A DNA stretch of 28,777 nt, from positions 1 through 28,777 of the forward strand of contig JAAUQE010000013.1 in the NCBI GenBank assembly GCA_012032425.1, read 5' to 3'. The position numbers and the translations under genes were made by a program. Position 1 is the stretch's first letter. Each line of letters opens with the position of its first letter. The notes below the pieces were generated by a model. That model was not told the origin of the DNA and did not search any database. It saw only the letters and a list, made by a program, of their open reading frames with translations. The DNA comes from Leptolyngbya sp. RL_3_1 (GTDB taxonomy: Bacteria; Cyanobacteriota; Cyanobacteriia; Phormidesmidales; Phormidesmidaceae). This document shows, piece after piece, positions 17,145 to 25,303 of this stretch.

Positions 17145-17200
17145 AATCTGGCAACATCGTTCTGGCAGCATCGCTCTGGAAACATCGTTCTGGAAACATC
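17145..17200. repeat. Four tandem copies of a 14-mer, TCTGG[C/A]A[A/G]CATCG[T/C], about 40 nt downstream of the argS stop
   Basis: The four copies are:
- 17145-17158 tctggcaacatcgt
- 17159-17172 tctggcagcatcgc
- 17173-17186 tctggaaacatcgt
- 17187-17200 tctggaaacatcgt
They are followed by ttttgatcgg. Confidence 0.7.
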
Positions 17201-17255
17201 GTTTTTGATCGGCACCGCCGCCGTCGGAGCGCAGGGCAGCATTTGATTGATGCAC

Positions 17256-17290
17256 GACCGGATTAACCCCCAATCCGGTCTGTGAACCTT
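17256..17290. repeat. Copy 1 of a ~31 nt dispersed motif (GGATTAAC-CCCAATCCGG-YCYGTGAAYCTT) containing a 9 bp hairpin
   Basis: GACCGGATT at 17256-17264 pairs with AATCCGGTC at 17272-17280. The motif at 17260-17290 matches 24957-24987 at 27 of 31 positions. Confidence 0.45.
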
Positions 17291-17545
17291 TGCAACCCGA
17301 GTGACTCAGCCACTGAACTTAAGGCAAACTAAGGGAATTAAGGTTAGCTAGCGCCTCGGGCCAATATCCATTGGCTGAGGCTTGTCGATTGCGGCCTTAA
17401 CGAAGTGTCGTCAACACTTAGGCTCATCCCCTAACCCCAGCTCCTCTGGCGTCGATCAGCCCTCGGCACAGGTAACTCCGCTCTGTAGGTTAACCCCTCC
17501 GCTGGGTTGTCTGGATTGGCCTCAGGGGAGCCCCACACCCGCCCT

Positions 17546-18253
17546 ATGCGCGTCAGCATGGTTATGCGCATCACGATTTTTGAATACGAACGGGGTCTGA
17601 AATATGTAAAGGGGCGCTTTAAGCAAGTCTTGCCCCCCGGTCAATATTGGGTCGGGTTGCTGGGCAACACCACCATTCGCAAGGTGGATATTCGCCCTCA
17701 ATATATTTCCATTCCCGGACAAGCGGTGCTCACCGCTGACGGGGTGGGGCTGAAGGTAAGCCTAACGGCAGTTTATGAAATCAGCGACCCAGCCGCCGCC
17801 ATCAATCAGGTCTCTAACTACTACCAAGCGCTGTATCTGACCGTGCAAACGGCCCTGCGGGAAACGGTCGAGGCGATCGCGATCGATGCGCTGATGGCCA
17901 ACCGGGCGCAGCTCAACGGGCAGTTATTGACAAGCTGTGCCGACCCAGTCGCGGCGATCGGCCTGCGTCTCATCAGCGTCAGCCTCAAAGATTTGATGTT
18001 ACCTGGCGAACTCAAGAAACTCTATGCCCAAGTGGTGCAGGCTCGACAGGCCGGGTTGGCCCAACTGGAGCGCGCCCGAGGGGAAACGGCGGCCCTCAGA
18101 AACCTGGCTAACGCAGCCCGCCTCACCCACGACAACCCGGCTCTTCTAAAGCTGCGGTTGCTGCAAGCCCTGGAGCAGTCCAGCGGCAATACGTTTTTTA
18201 TCGGCACCGCTGCAATGGGGGAACCCAGCCATGACAACTCAGAGCAGCTATAG
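17546..18253 (+). CDS. SPFH / band-7 (stomatin-prohibitin-like) family protein
   Basis: The SPFH core spans IRPQYISIPGQAVLTADGVGLKVSLTAVYEISDPAAAINQVSNYYQALYLTVQTALRETV. A coiled-coil-like C-terminal region follows (LAQLERARGETAALRNLANAARL). The ATG start could be 17546, 17558 or 17564, so the start is uncertain. Confidence 0.6.
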   Translation: MRVSMVMRITIFEYERGLKYVKGRFKQVLPPGQYWVGLLGNTTIRKVDIRPQYISIPGQAVLTADGVGLKVSLTAVYEISDPAAAINQVSNYYQALYLTVQTALRETVEAIAIDALMANRAQLNGQLLTSCADPVAAIGLRLISVSLKDLMLPGELKKLYAQVVQARQAGLAQLERARGETAALRNLANAARLTHDNPALLKLRLLQALEQSSGNTFFIGTAAMGEPSHDNSEQL

Positions 18254-18291
18254 CAGTCGCCAGTTCGGTTAGGACCAGACTGCAAGCTACT
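18253..18291. repeat. Copy A of a 39 nt repeat (GCAGTCGCCAG-N5-TTARGACCAGACTGCRAGCYACT), beginning at the stop codon of the SPFH gene
   Basis: It matches 19246-19284 at about 32 of 39 positions. GCAGTC/GACTGC inside the element is an internal inverted repeat. Confidence 0.5.
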
Positions 18292-18435
18292 GTAGTCAAG
18301 TATCTTTACATTTCTTCAGGTGTCGTCAGAAGTATTCTTCAAACTTGAGGGGGCGATCCCCTCCCCTTGGCAAAACACCCTTTAGTCTGGAGGTGGGCAA
18401 TCAATTGTTTATCCTGCTGACCCCCAAGACTCTCT

Positions 18436-19086
18436 ATGCCGCTTAGCATCCTCGTTGTAGAAGATGACCCAGGGACCCGCCTCACCCTCCAGGATTATTT
18501 GGAGCTGGAGGGGTATTCGGTCGCAACGGCGGTGGATGGATGGATGGCCCTCCAGCAGGTTGAAATTTTTCAGCCACAACTCATCATTACCGATATCACC
18601 ATGCCCCGCTTAGATGGGTATGCCTTTCTCAAGTCCCTCCGTCAGCAACCGGCTTGGCGGTTGATCCCGGTGGTGCTACTGACTGCCCATGGCGAAACCC
18701 AAGACCGCGTCAAGGGGTACAAGACGGGTTGCGATGTCTACCTCGAAAAACCCTTTGAGCTGGATGAGCTTGGCGCAGTGGTGCGGAACCTGTTGGCGCG
18801 ATCGCAGCTGGTTCAATCCGCCTTGATGCAGTACAGCGCCTCAGTGCAGCGGGGTGAGGCCCCGGCACCCGCCGAGGCCTCATCTGCGGAAGAGGATCTG
18901 AGCCTAACTGAGCGGGAAAAGGATGTTTTAGATCTCCTCTCGGGCGGCCTCTCAAATAGCCAAATTGCCGAGCGCCTATACCTTAGTCCTCGCACCGTTG
19001 AGAAATATGTCAGCAGCCTGCTGCGGAAATCAAATACCAGCAACCGGGCCGAACTCGTACGCTTTGCGATGGATCACCATTGGTGA
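18436..19086 (+). CDS. Response regulator, REC receiver plus LuxR/FixJ-type HTH (NarL family)
   Basis: The receiver domain has an acidic pocket (VVEDD) and the phospho-acceptor in LIITDITMP. The C-terminal LuxR-type HTH reads LTEREKDVLDLLSGGLSNSQIAERLYLSPRTVEKYVSSLLRK. Confidence 0.85.
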   Translation: MPLSILVVEDDPGTRLTLQDYLELEGYSVATAVDGWMALQQVEIFQPQLIITDITMPRLDGYAFLKSLRQQPAWRLIPVVLLTAHGETQDRVKGYKTGCDVYLEKPFELDELGAVVRNLLARSQLVQSALMQYSASVQRGEAPAPAEASSAEEDLSLTEREKDVLDLLSGGLSNSQIAERLYLSPRTVEKYVSSLLRKSNTSNRAELVRFAMDHHW

Positions 19087-19245
19087 ACTAGGAGGGATCG
19101 CGCTTTCCTACTTAACAGCCGCATCGACCCGAACTCAGGCTAGATCAGACCGTGGGCAGCGCAATTAATTCCAGCAAGCCCGCCTTAAAAATGTTGCTAT
19201 TGCGACAAGATCGCGATCGCAACTGTGCATCAAGCGGCAAAATAG

Positions 19246-19284
19246 GCATATATGGCAGTCGCCAGCCTGATTAAGACCAGACTG
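19246..19284. repeat. Copy B of the 39 nt repeat, about 160 nt downstream of the response-regulator gene
   Basis: GCAGTCGCCAGCCTGATTAAGACCAGACTGCGAGCCACT. Its 3' end overlaps the left arm of the 12 bp-stem hairpin at 19292-19346. Confidence 0.5.
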
Positions 19285-19291
19285 CGAGCCA

Positions 19292-19346
19292 CTTTGCTTG
19301 TGGGCCGCAGAACCAGACGTTCCGAGGTGTCTTAAGCAAAGTGGCC
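19292..19346. other. Stable hairpin (12 bp stem, ~31 nt loop) in the 580 bp convergent intergenic region
   Basis: GCCACTTTGCTT at 19292-19303 is the reverse complement of AAGCAAAGTGGC at 19335-19346. Confidence 0.4.
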
Positions 19347-19579
19347 AGCGCCATATAGATCCATTCATCCGCATTGGAGTTCCCTTATGCAACTGATTTA
19401 CCGGGGCGGTCTTTTCAAGCGGCGTCAACACCAGCCCCAGCCCGCGCTAGACCAGCCGCACCCTAACCCCTACCAAGGGCTGCGCTATAGCCGCTACGGC
19501 GTTGGCTATACCCGTTAACCTGTCTGCGTTTACACCTAATCCTTCTACAAACCAGTTCGATCTACAAGCCAGTTTGATC

Positions 19580-19615
19580 AAAAAAGGAGGGAATGGTCTC
19601 AGCCACGCCCTCCTT
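19580..19615 (-). terminator. Rho-independent terminator of ndhD (minus strand)
   Basis: Stem AAGGAGGG at 19584-19591 pairs with CCCTCCTT at 19608-19615 across a 16 nt loop. The A6 run at 19580-19585 gives a U-run after the hairpin on the minus strand, about 50 nt past the ndhD stop at 19666. Confidence 0.6.
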
Positions 19616-19665
19616 CTTGGTTTTGATCAGACCCCCCACTGAACTAGCACCGGAACCGGCGATCG

Positions 19666-21270
19666 CTATTCAATCAGAGCTGCATCAGGCACCGTTGCCG
19701 TGAGTTGCGGTGCCGTCAACGCTGTGAACGAAGGCTGGGTGGGGTTGTTGGCCACCAGCATCAGCGTGTCTTGGACCTGATTCGACAGGGCCACTGCCTT
19801 GACATCGTAAGTTTGGGTGGCCAGTTTCGGATAGAGACCGATCCCGATCACCGGCACCAGTAAGCAAGCCGCCACCAGCGCTTCCCGAGGCCGGATGTCT
19901 AGCATGTTAGGCACCTGCTTCACCACCGTGCCGGAATCACCGTAGAAAATCCGGCGCAGCATCGATAGCAAGTAAATGGGAGAGAGAATCACCCCCACCG
20001 CTGCCAGAACGATGATGGTGACCTTAAAGGCAGTGCTGTAGACATCACTGGTCGCCATGCCCAAGAAGATGGCAATCTCGCTCACAAACCCACTCATGCC
20101 CGGTAGCGCCAAGGACGCCATCGCTGCCGCCGTAAAGAAGGCAAAAGCCGTGGGCATTTTGCGAGCCATGCCCCCCAGCTCATCCATATCCAGGGTGTGG
20201 GTGCGCTCGTAGGTGACCCCAGCCAAAAAGAACATCACCGCCGCAATCAACCCATGGGAGAGCATTTGCAGCAGCGCCCCACTCATGCCGATAGTGGTGA
20301 AGGCCGAGAACCCAATCAGAATAAAGCCCATGTGCGCCACCGATGAGTAAGCCATGCGGCGCTTGAGGTTGTTCTGCGCTAAGGCGGTGAGAGAGGCGTA
20401 AATAATATTGACCACGCCCAGAATGGCCAGGAAAGGGGCGATGTAAATATGGGCATCGGGCAACATCTCAATGTTCATGCGGATAATGCCGTAGCCCGCC
20501 ATTTTCAGCAGCACCCCCGCCAAAATCATAGAAACGGCAGCAGGCGCTTCACTATGGGCGTCAGGCAACCAGGTATGCAGCGGGAAAATCGGCAGCTTGA
20601 CGCCAAAGGCAATCAAGAAAGCCAAGTAGGCGAAGAGCTGGAAGGGAAGCGAATATTCCTTCAGCGCCAAGTCCGTAAAGTTGAAGCTGACCGCATCGCC
20701 GTAAAAAGCCATCCCCAGGGCCGCCACCAAAATAAAAATGGAGCCAATCGCGGTGTAGAGAATGAACTTGGTGGCGGCATATAACCGCTTTTGACCGCCC
20801 CAGATGGAGATCAACAGATAAACCGGCACCAGCTCAACTTCCCACATTAGGAAGAACAGCAGCATGTCTTGGCACAGGAAGACTCCAACCTGGGCGCTGT
20901 ACATCAGCAATAGCAAGAAGAAATACAGGCGGGGCTTAAGTTTAATATTCCAAGAAGCCAGGATGGCGAGGGTCGTCACCAAACCGCTGAGCACCACTAG
21001 GGGCATAGACAGGCCATCGACCCCGAGGGACCAGTTCATCCCCAGCTGAGGCACCCAACTGTAGGACTCCACCAACTGTAAGCCCGACTCTTGGAGGGAG
21101 AAGAACCGTGCAAATGTATAGAGAATCAGGCCAAACTCGGCCAATCCGACGCCGAGGGTGTAGGCCCGGATGGTTTTGTGGTTGCCGGGCAAAAGCGGAA
21201 TCGGTAAACCAGCCAGGAGGGGAAAAATAACTAGGGTGGTCAACCAGGGAAAATGTTCGCTAATCATCAC
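19666..21270 (-). CDS. ndhD: NAD(P)H-quinone oxidoreductase subunit 4 (NdhD; NuoM family)
   Basis: 534 aa polytopic membrane protein with the NuoM/NdhD antiporter-like core ([39 protein letters not shown]). It stands alone rather than in an ndhF3/F4-ndhD-cup operon, so it is a D1/D2-type candidate. Confidence 0.85.
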   Translation of the reverse strand: MMISEHFPWLTTLVIFPLLAGLPIPLLPGNHKTIRAYTLGVGLAEFGLILYTFARFFSLQESGLQLVESYSWVPQLGMNWSLGVDGLSMPLVVLSGLVTTLAILASWNIKLKPRLYFFLLLLMYSAQVGVFLCQDMLLFFLMWEVELVPVYLLISIWGGQKRLYAATKFILYTAIGSIFILVAALGMAFYGDAVSFNFTDLALKEYSLPFQLFAYLAFLIAFGVKLPIFPLHTWLPDAHSEAPAAVSMILAGVLLKMAGYGIIRMNIEMLPDAHIYIAPFLAILGVVNIIYASLTALAQNNLKRRMAYSSVAHMGFILIGFSAFTTIGMSGALLQMLSHGLIAAVMFFLAGVTYERTHTLDMDELGGMARKMPTAFAFFTAAAMASLALPGMSGFVSEIAIFLGMATSDVYSTAFKVTIIVLAAVGVILSPIYLLSMLRRIFYGDSGTVVKQVPNMLDIRPREALVAACLLVPVIGIGLYPKLATQTYDVKAVALSNQVQDTLMLVANNPTQPSFTALTAPQLTATVPDAALIE

Positions 21271-21780
21271 ACTTCACGGAGGTTCCGGTGAACAGTTTGG
21301 GTACCGGTTGAGATCGTTGTCTGGCCTGGGAGGGTGGCAGGCGACTAACCGGGGAAGAGCTAAATGAGCATTTCTACTTATTGCTCTACCTGTGGCCTAG
21401 TATAAACAACTTAATGAACTTTTAATAACCCTCTTTGCGTAAAAAACTTAAAAATCAAGCCTTGATAAAGCCAATAGCCATGACCTTGAAGGGTTTTGAT
21501 GCTTTGACTGGATTGATCTCTATCCTCAAGTCGGACTTGCCTCTACTTTGACTTAGGTAAATGATTGAGTCTTTTGGCGGATCTTTGTTGACAGATAGGC
21601 ATTTGGTCCGCAGGTTTCTCGGCGCTCTTCTCTGCACTCTGGTGAGGTTTTGGCCCAGGGGTTAGGGCCGGGGGCAGAGGGGGGGTGCGATCGCGCCCGC
21701 TCCTGCGGTCAGGGGAAGGGCCGCAGCGATTTGTCCTGGTGTAAACCTTAGCCTTACCCTTTAATGGTCACATCGACAGC

Positions 21781-21805
21781 TTTGACTGCCGCTTCATCTG
21801 TCAAA
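21781..21805. promoter_or_regulatory. Palindrome TTTGAC-N13-GTCAAA, 18-42 nt upstream of the bicA-like start; candidate operator
   Basis: TTTGAC at 21781-21786 and GTCAAA at 21800-21805. Two more TTTGACT copies lie at 21503-21509 and 21547-21553, in a ~250 bp AT-rich island within the divergent ndhD/bicA intergenic region. Confidence 0.3.
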
Positions 21806-21822
21806 CTCCTAGGCTTTAACCC

Positions 21823-23507
21823 ATGTCCTTTTCCACGCGCCTCGTTAATGGGTTGCATTTTCGTAATCTGCGGGGCGATCTATTTGGTGGTTTAACCGCC
21901 GCTGTGGTGGCCTTACCCCTAGCTTTGGCCTTTGGGGTTTCTTCGGGGGCCGGGGCGATCGCGGGTCTATACGGGGCTTTCTTTGTGGGGCTATTCGCAG
22001 CGCTGTTTGGGGGCACCCCTTCCCAAATTTCCGGCCCCACCGGCCCCATGACCGTGGTCATGGGTACCGTCTTCACATCCCTCGTCGCCAGTAACCCGGA
22101 GAACGGTGTCGCCATGGCCTTTACCGTGGTGACCTTAGGAGGGGTGTGCCAAATCTTGTTCGGCGTGCTGAAACTAGGGAAATACATCACCCTGATTCCC
22201 TACACCGTGATCTCCGGCTTTATGTCCGGGATCGGCATCATTATTATCTTGATCGAGCTGGGGCCGTTGCTGGGCCACCCCAATGCCGATACGGTGATTC
22301 ACGCCTTCCAGCTCTTGCCGAACTATATTCAAACCGCCAACCCAGCCGCCGTGGGGCTGAGTCTGCTCACTCTGGCGATCGTCTTTGGGACACCGCGACG
22401 CATCAATCGCGTCCTGCCAGCCCCCTTGCTGGCCCTCGTGCTGGTGACCCTGCTATCGGTGATCGTTTTGCCCACCGATGGCGTGCTGCGCATTGGCACC
22501 ATTCCCACCGGCCTGCCCTTCATTCACTGGCCCAGTTTCCAGCTCGATCAGCTCAAAACCATGGTGGGTTACGGGATCATGCTGGGGGTGCTGGGGGCGA
22601 TCGACTCGCTGCTCACCTCTTTGGTGGCTGACAACATTACCCAAACCCAGCACGACTCCGATCGCGAACTGATTGGCCAAGGGATCGGCAATTGCCTATC
22701 GGGTTTGTTCGGGGGCTTGCCCGGTGCCGGAGCAACCATGCGTACGGTGATCAACGTTAAGTCTGGGGGCCGCACCCCACTGTCTGGGGTGATCCATGCC
22801 CTGGTGTTGCTGGTGGTGGTGCTCGGTGCAGGTCCACTCACAGCGGTGATTCCCCAGCCGGTCTTGGCGGGGATCCTCCTCAAGGTGGGGATTGACATCA
22901 TTGACTGGAGCTTCTTAAAGCGCGCCCATAAGCTCTCCCTCAAAGCGGCGGGGCTGATGTATGGGGTCATGCTCCTGACGGTGTTTGTGGATTTGATTAC
23001 GGCCGTAGCGGTGGGGGTCTTTATCGCGAACCTGCTCACCGTCAAGCATTTAACCGAGCTACAGCTTGAAGGCATTGTCAAAATTGATGACCCGACGGAT
23101 GGGCTCCTGCTGAACCCAGAAGAACAAGCGCTGATGAGGCAGGCGAAGGGACGGATTTTGCTGTTTCATCTGGGGGGACCGCTGAGCTTTGGGGCGGCCA
23201 AGGGGATTCTCAACGGCTATCAATTGTCGGTAACTACGACGCGCTGATTTTAGATCTGACAGATGTGCCGTTGATCGGGGTGACGGCTTCCCTAGCGATT
23301 GAAAACATGGTCAAAGAGGCCAGGGATAAACGCCGCGATGTGTTTTTGGTGGGTGCCCATGGTCGCGTAGAAGAGCGCCTTCAACGGCTAGATATCTTAA
23401 AAATGCTCTCCCAGGGGTCCTTTGCCATTACCCGCTTAGATGCGTTGCAGCTCGGGTTAGACCTGATCCAGAGTCGCTATCAGGAGCGAGAAACTGTGAT
23501 CCGTTAA
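21823..23507 (+). CDS. bicA: SulP-family anion transporter, BicA-like bicarbonate transporter with C-terminal STAS domain; frame broken by a 1-nt homopolymer frameshift near 23202-23205
   Basis: The N-terminus (LHFRNLRGDLFGGLTAAVVALPLALAFGVSSGAGAIAGL...FGGTPSQISGPTGPMTVVM) closely resembles BicA as I recall it. The ORF stops at 23247 after ...GPLSFGAAKGILNGYQLSVTTTR. The STAS remainder (DSQRLSIVGNYDALILDLTDVPLIGVTASLAIENMV...) runs in frame +2 to the stop at 23505-23507. Adding one G to the GGGG run at 23202-23205 restores a 561-aa protein. Confidence 0.7.
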
Positions 23508-23771
23508 GACGATGGGTGATCCCCTACAGTCCCTGCCGTACAGCGGTTCAAGTCCTGGTTTGGGCCAAGGCTGTTGGGGGTTAACAGGGATCGCTTAGCG
23601 ATGGGCACACTGGATGTTGAGCCCATTCCCTCCCAGCCCTGACCGCTGATTTCTGGCCGCTGGTCCTAGCCTAAACGCGGGTCGTGGGCCTGCCCGACGC
23701 CCATTACGCTCAAGGATTCCTCCCATGATTGGTATGCCCTGGTCCCGACCCTCGCGCGATCGCCTTGGCTA

Positions 23772-24302
23772 TTGTTGACCAGTGGGCTCTTGGCGGCCCT
23801 GATCAGCGGCCCCGCGATCGCCCAAAATGAAGGCTATTGCTTTCTCACGGACCAGGGACTAACGGTTCATAATCTATCGCTGCTCTGTGGCGGGGGTGGG
23901 GTGCGGGACGAGCCGGTGCTCAGAACCGGTGATGTGCAAGTCACGCTGCGCTGGGACACCATCGACGACCTGGATGTGTTTGTCACAGATCCCGTTGGCG
24001 ACACCGTCAGCTACCAAAACCCCTTCATTCCCTCCGGTGGGCAACTGGATGTGGATGCGAATGCCGCCTGCTTCCAGCCGTTGTCTCCCACCCCAGTCGA
24101 GAATATTTTTTGGCCCACGGGGCAATCTCCCACGGGCGACTTTGTGGTAACGGTGAATATCTTTGAGCGCTGCCGCGCTGCCCAGAATGCGATTCCCTTC
24201 ACGCTGTTAGTCTTGGTGAAGGGAGAGGTGATCGAATTTAACGGCATCCTGTCGAACGAGACCCCTGAACTTCGGTTCTCGTTTACCTCCTCTGGGACTT
24301 AG
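23772..24302 (+). CDS. Hypothetical secreted protein (signal-peptide-like N-terminus); start uncertain
   Basis: 176 aa from the TTG at 23772 (LLTSGLLAALISGPAIA/QNE looks like a signal-peptide h-region and cleavage site). An ATG at 23725 opens a different frame (MIGMPWSRPSRDRLGYC*) that would supply a charged n-region, so either an alternative start or a further small indel is possible. Confidence 0.4.
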   Translation: MLTSGLLAALISGPAIAQNEGYCFLTDQGLTVHNLSLLCGGGGVRDEPVLRTGDVQVTLRWDTIDDLDVFVTDPVGDTVSYQNPFIPSGGQLDVDANAACFQPLSPTPVENIFWPTGQSPTGDFVVTVNIFERCRAAQNAIPFTLLVLVKGEVIEFNGILSNETPELRFSFTSSGT

Positions 24303-24339
24303 GGGAGTTGTGGGGTCATGAAGTAACTGTGTATGAGTG

Positions 24340-24360
24340 ATGGGGTGGGAGGGTGATGGG
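24340..24360 (+). other. Potential G-quadruplex motif (GGGGTGGGAGGGTGATGGGG) in a G-rich tract, followed by a C-rich tract upstream of the DUF302 gene
   Basis: The G-rich segment spans 24301-24362 and the C-rich, partly complementary segment spans 24393-24445 (ccccctgctccccctgccccgctgctctcctgccctcctgccccc). Confidence 0.3.
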
Positions 24361-24471
24361 GTGAGTTGTACGTGAATCACTTGACTATTTCGGTTTCTAG
24401 CCCCCCTGCTCCCCCTGCCCCGCTGCTCTCCTGCCCTCCTGCCCCCGAAATGACTAGTGCGGAGCTATCCC

Positions 24472-24963
24472 ATGAAATTTCTGAGACGAATGGCTGTATT
24501 GGCCTGGGCGATCGCCTGCTTCTGGACCGTGGTTGCCTGTTCGGCAGGGCAAGCCGACATGCACCGGACAGAGAATGGTCTCGTGCAGGTGCCGAGTCAA
24601 TTTGATGTGGCCACTACCAGCGATCGCCTAGCGACGCTGCTGCAAGAGCGGGGATTGACCCTCATGACCCGCATTGACCATGCCCAAAACGCCGCCACAG
24701 TTGACCAAGAACTGCGGGATACGCAACTTTTGATTTTTGGGAACCCCAACGTCGGGACGCCATTGATGCAGTGCAATCAGACCGTGGCGATCGATTTACC
24801 CCAAAAGGCATTGATCTGGCAGGATGAGGCCGAGCAGGTTTGGCTGGCTTACAACGACCCCCAATATCTCATGGAGCGCCATCATCTGATCGGCTGTGAG
24901 TCGGTGATTGAGCGAGTCAGTCAGGCATTGAATGGGCTGGCCATGGCGGCCACTCAGGATTAA
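24472..24963 (+). CDS. DUF302-domain protein, likely secreted or a lipoprotein
   Basis: The N-terminus MKFLRRMAVLAWAIACFWTVVACSAG is signal or lipobox-like. The DUF302 core reads RIDHAQNAATVDQ...LLIFGNPNVGTPLMQ...AIDLPQKALIWQDEAEQVWLAYNDPQYL. The stop TAA at 24961-24963 is embedded in the dispersed motif at 24957-24987. Confidence 0.6.
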   Translation: MKFLRRMAVLAWAIACFWTVVACSAGQADMHRTENGLVQVPSQFDVATTSDRLATLLQERGLTLMTRIDHAQNAATVDQELRDTQLLIFGNPNVGTPLMQCNQTVAIDLPQKALIWQDEAEQVWLAYNDPQYLMERHHLIGCESVIERVSQALNGLAMAATQD

Positions 24964-24987
24964 CACCCAATCCGGCCCGTGAATCTT
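24957..24987. repeat. Copy 2 of the ~31 nt dispersed motif, overlapping the DUF302 stop codon
   Basis: GGATTAACACCCAATCCGGCCCGTGAATCTT matches 17260-17290 at 27 of 31 positions. Confidence 0.45.
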
Positions 24988-25303
24988 GAGACCTCTTCAA
25001 GAATGAGAAAACAGGGCAGGTTGCAGCCTCAAGAGCTGAATTTTAGACAGATCGCGCCCGCAGGCGAACGAGTCCGCAGACACAACCGCTGGCAATCTCG
25101 TATCGCTCAGATATCGCTCAGAACGCATCCGAGGCAATTGTGCCCGTTGTCGTCGTGCCGCTTCGGTTTGTGCGGCAATACGTTGCCAGCGTTCCCACCA
25201 AGCTTCTGGGGGCAGTCCGGGTTAAGCAAAGAATCCTGCTAACCACAGGGAGCTGCTCTACAATTTGCCCAGTCAGCTATGCCTCAGGGACTGAAGGAAT
25301 AAC

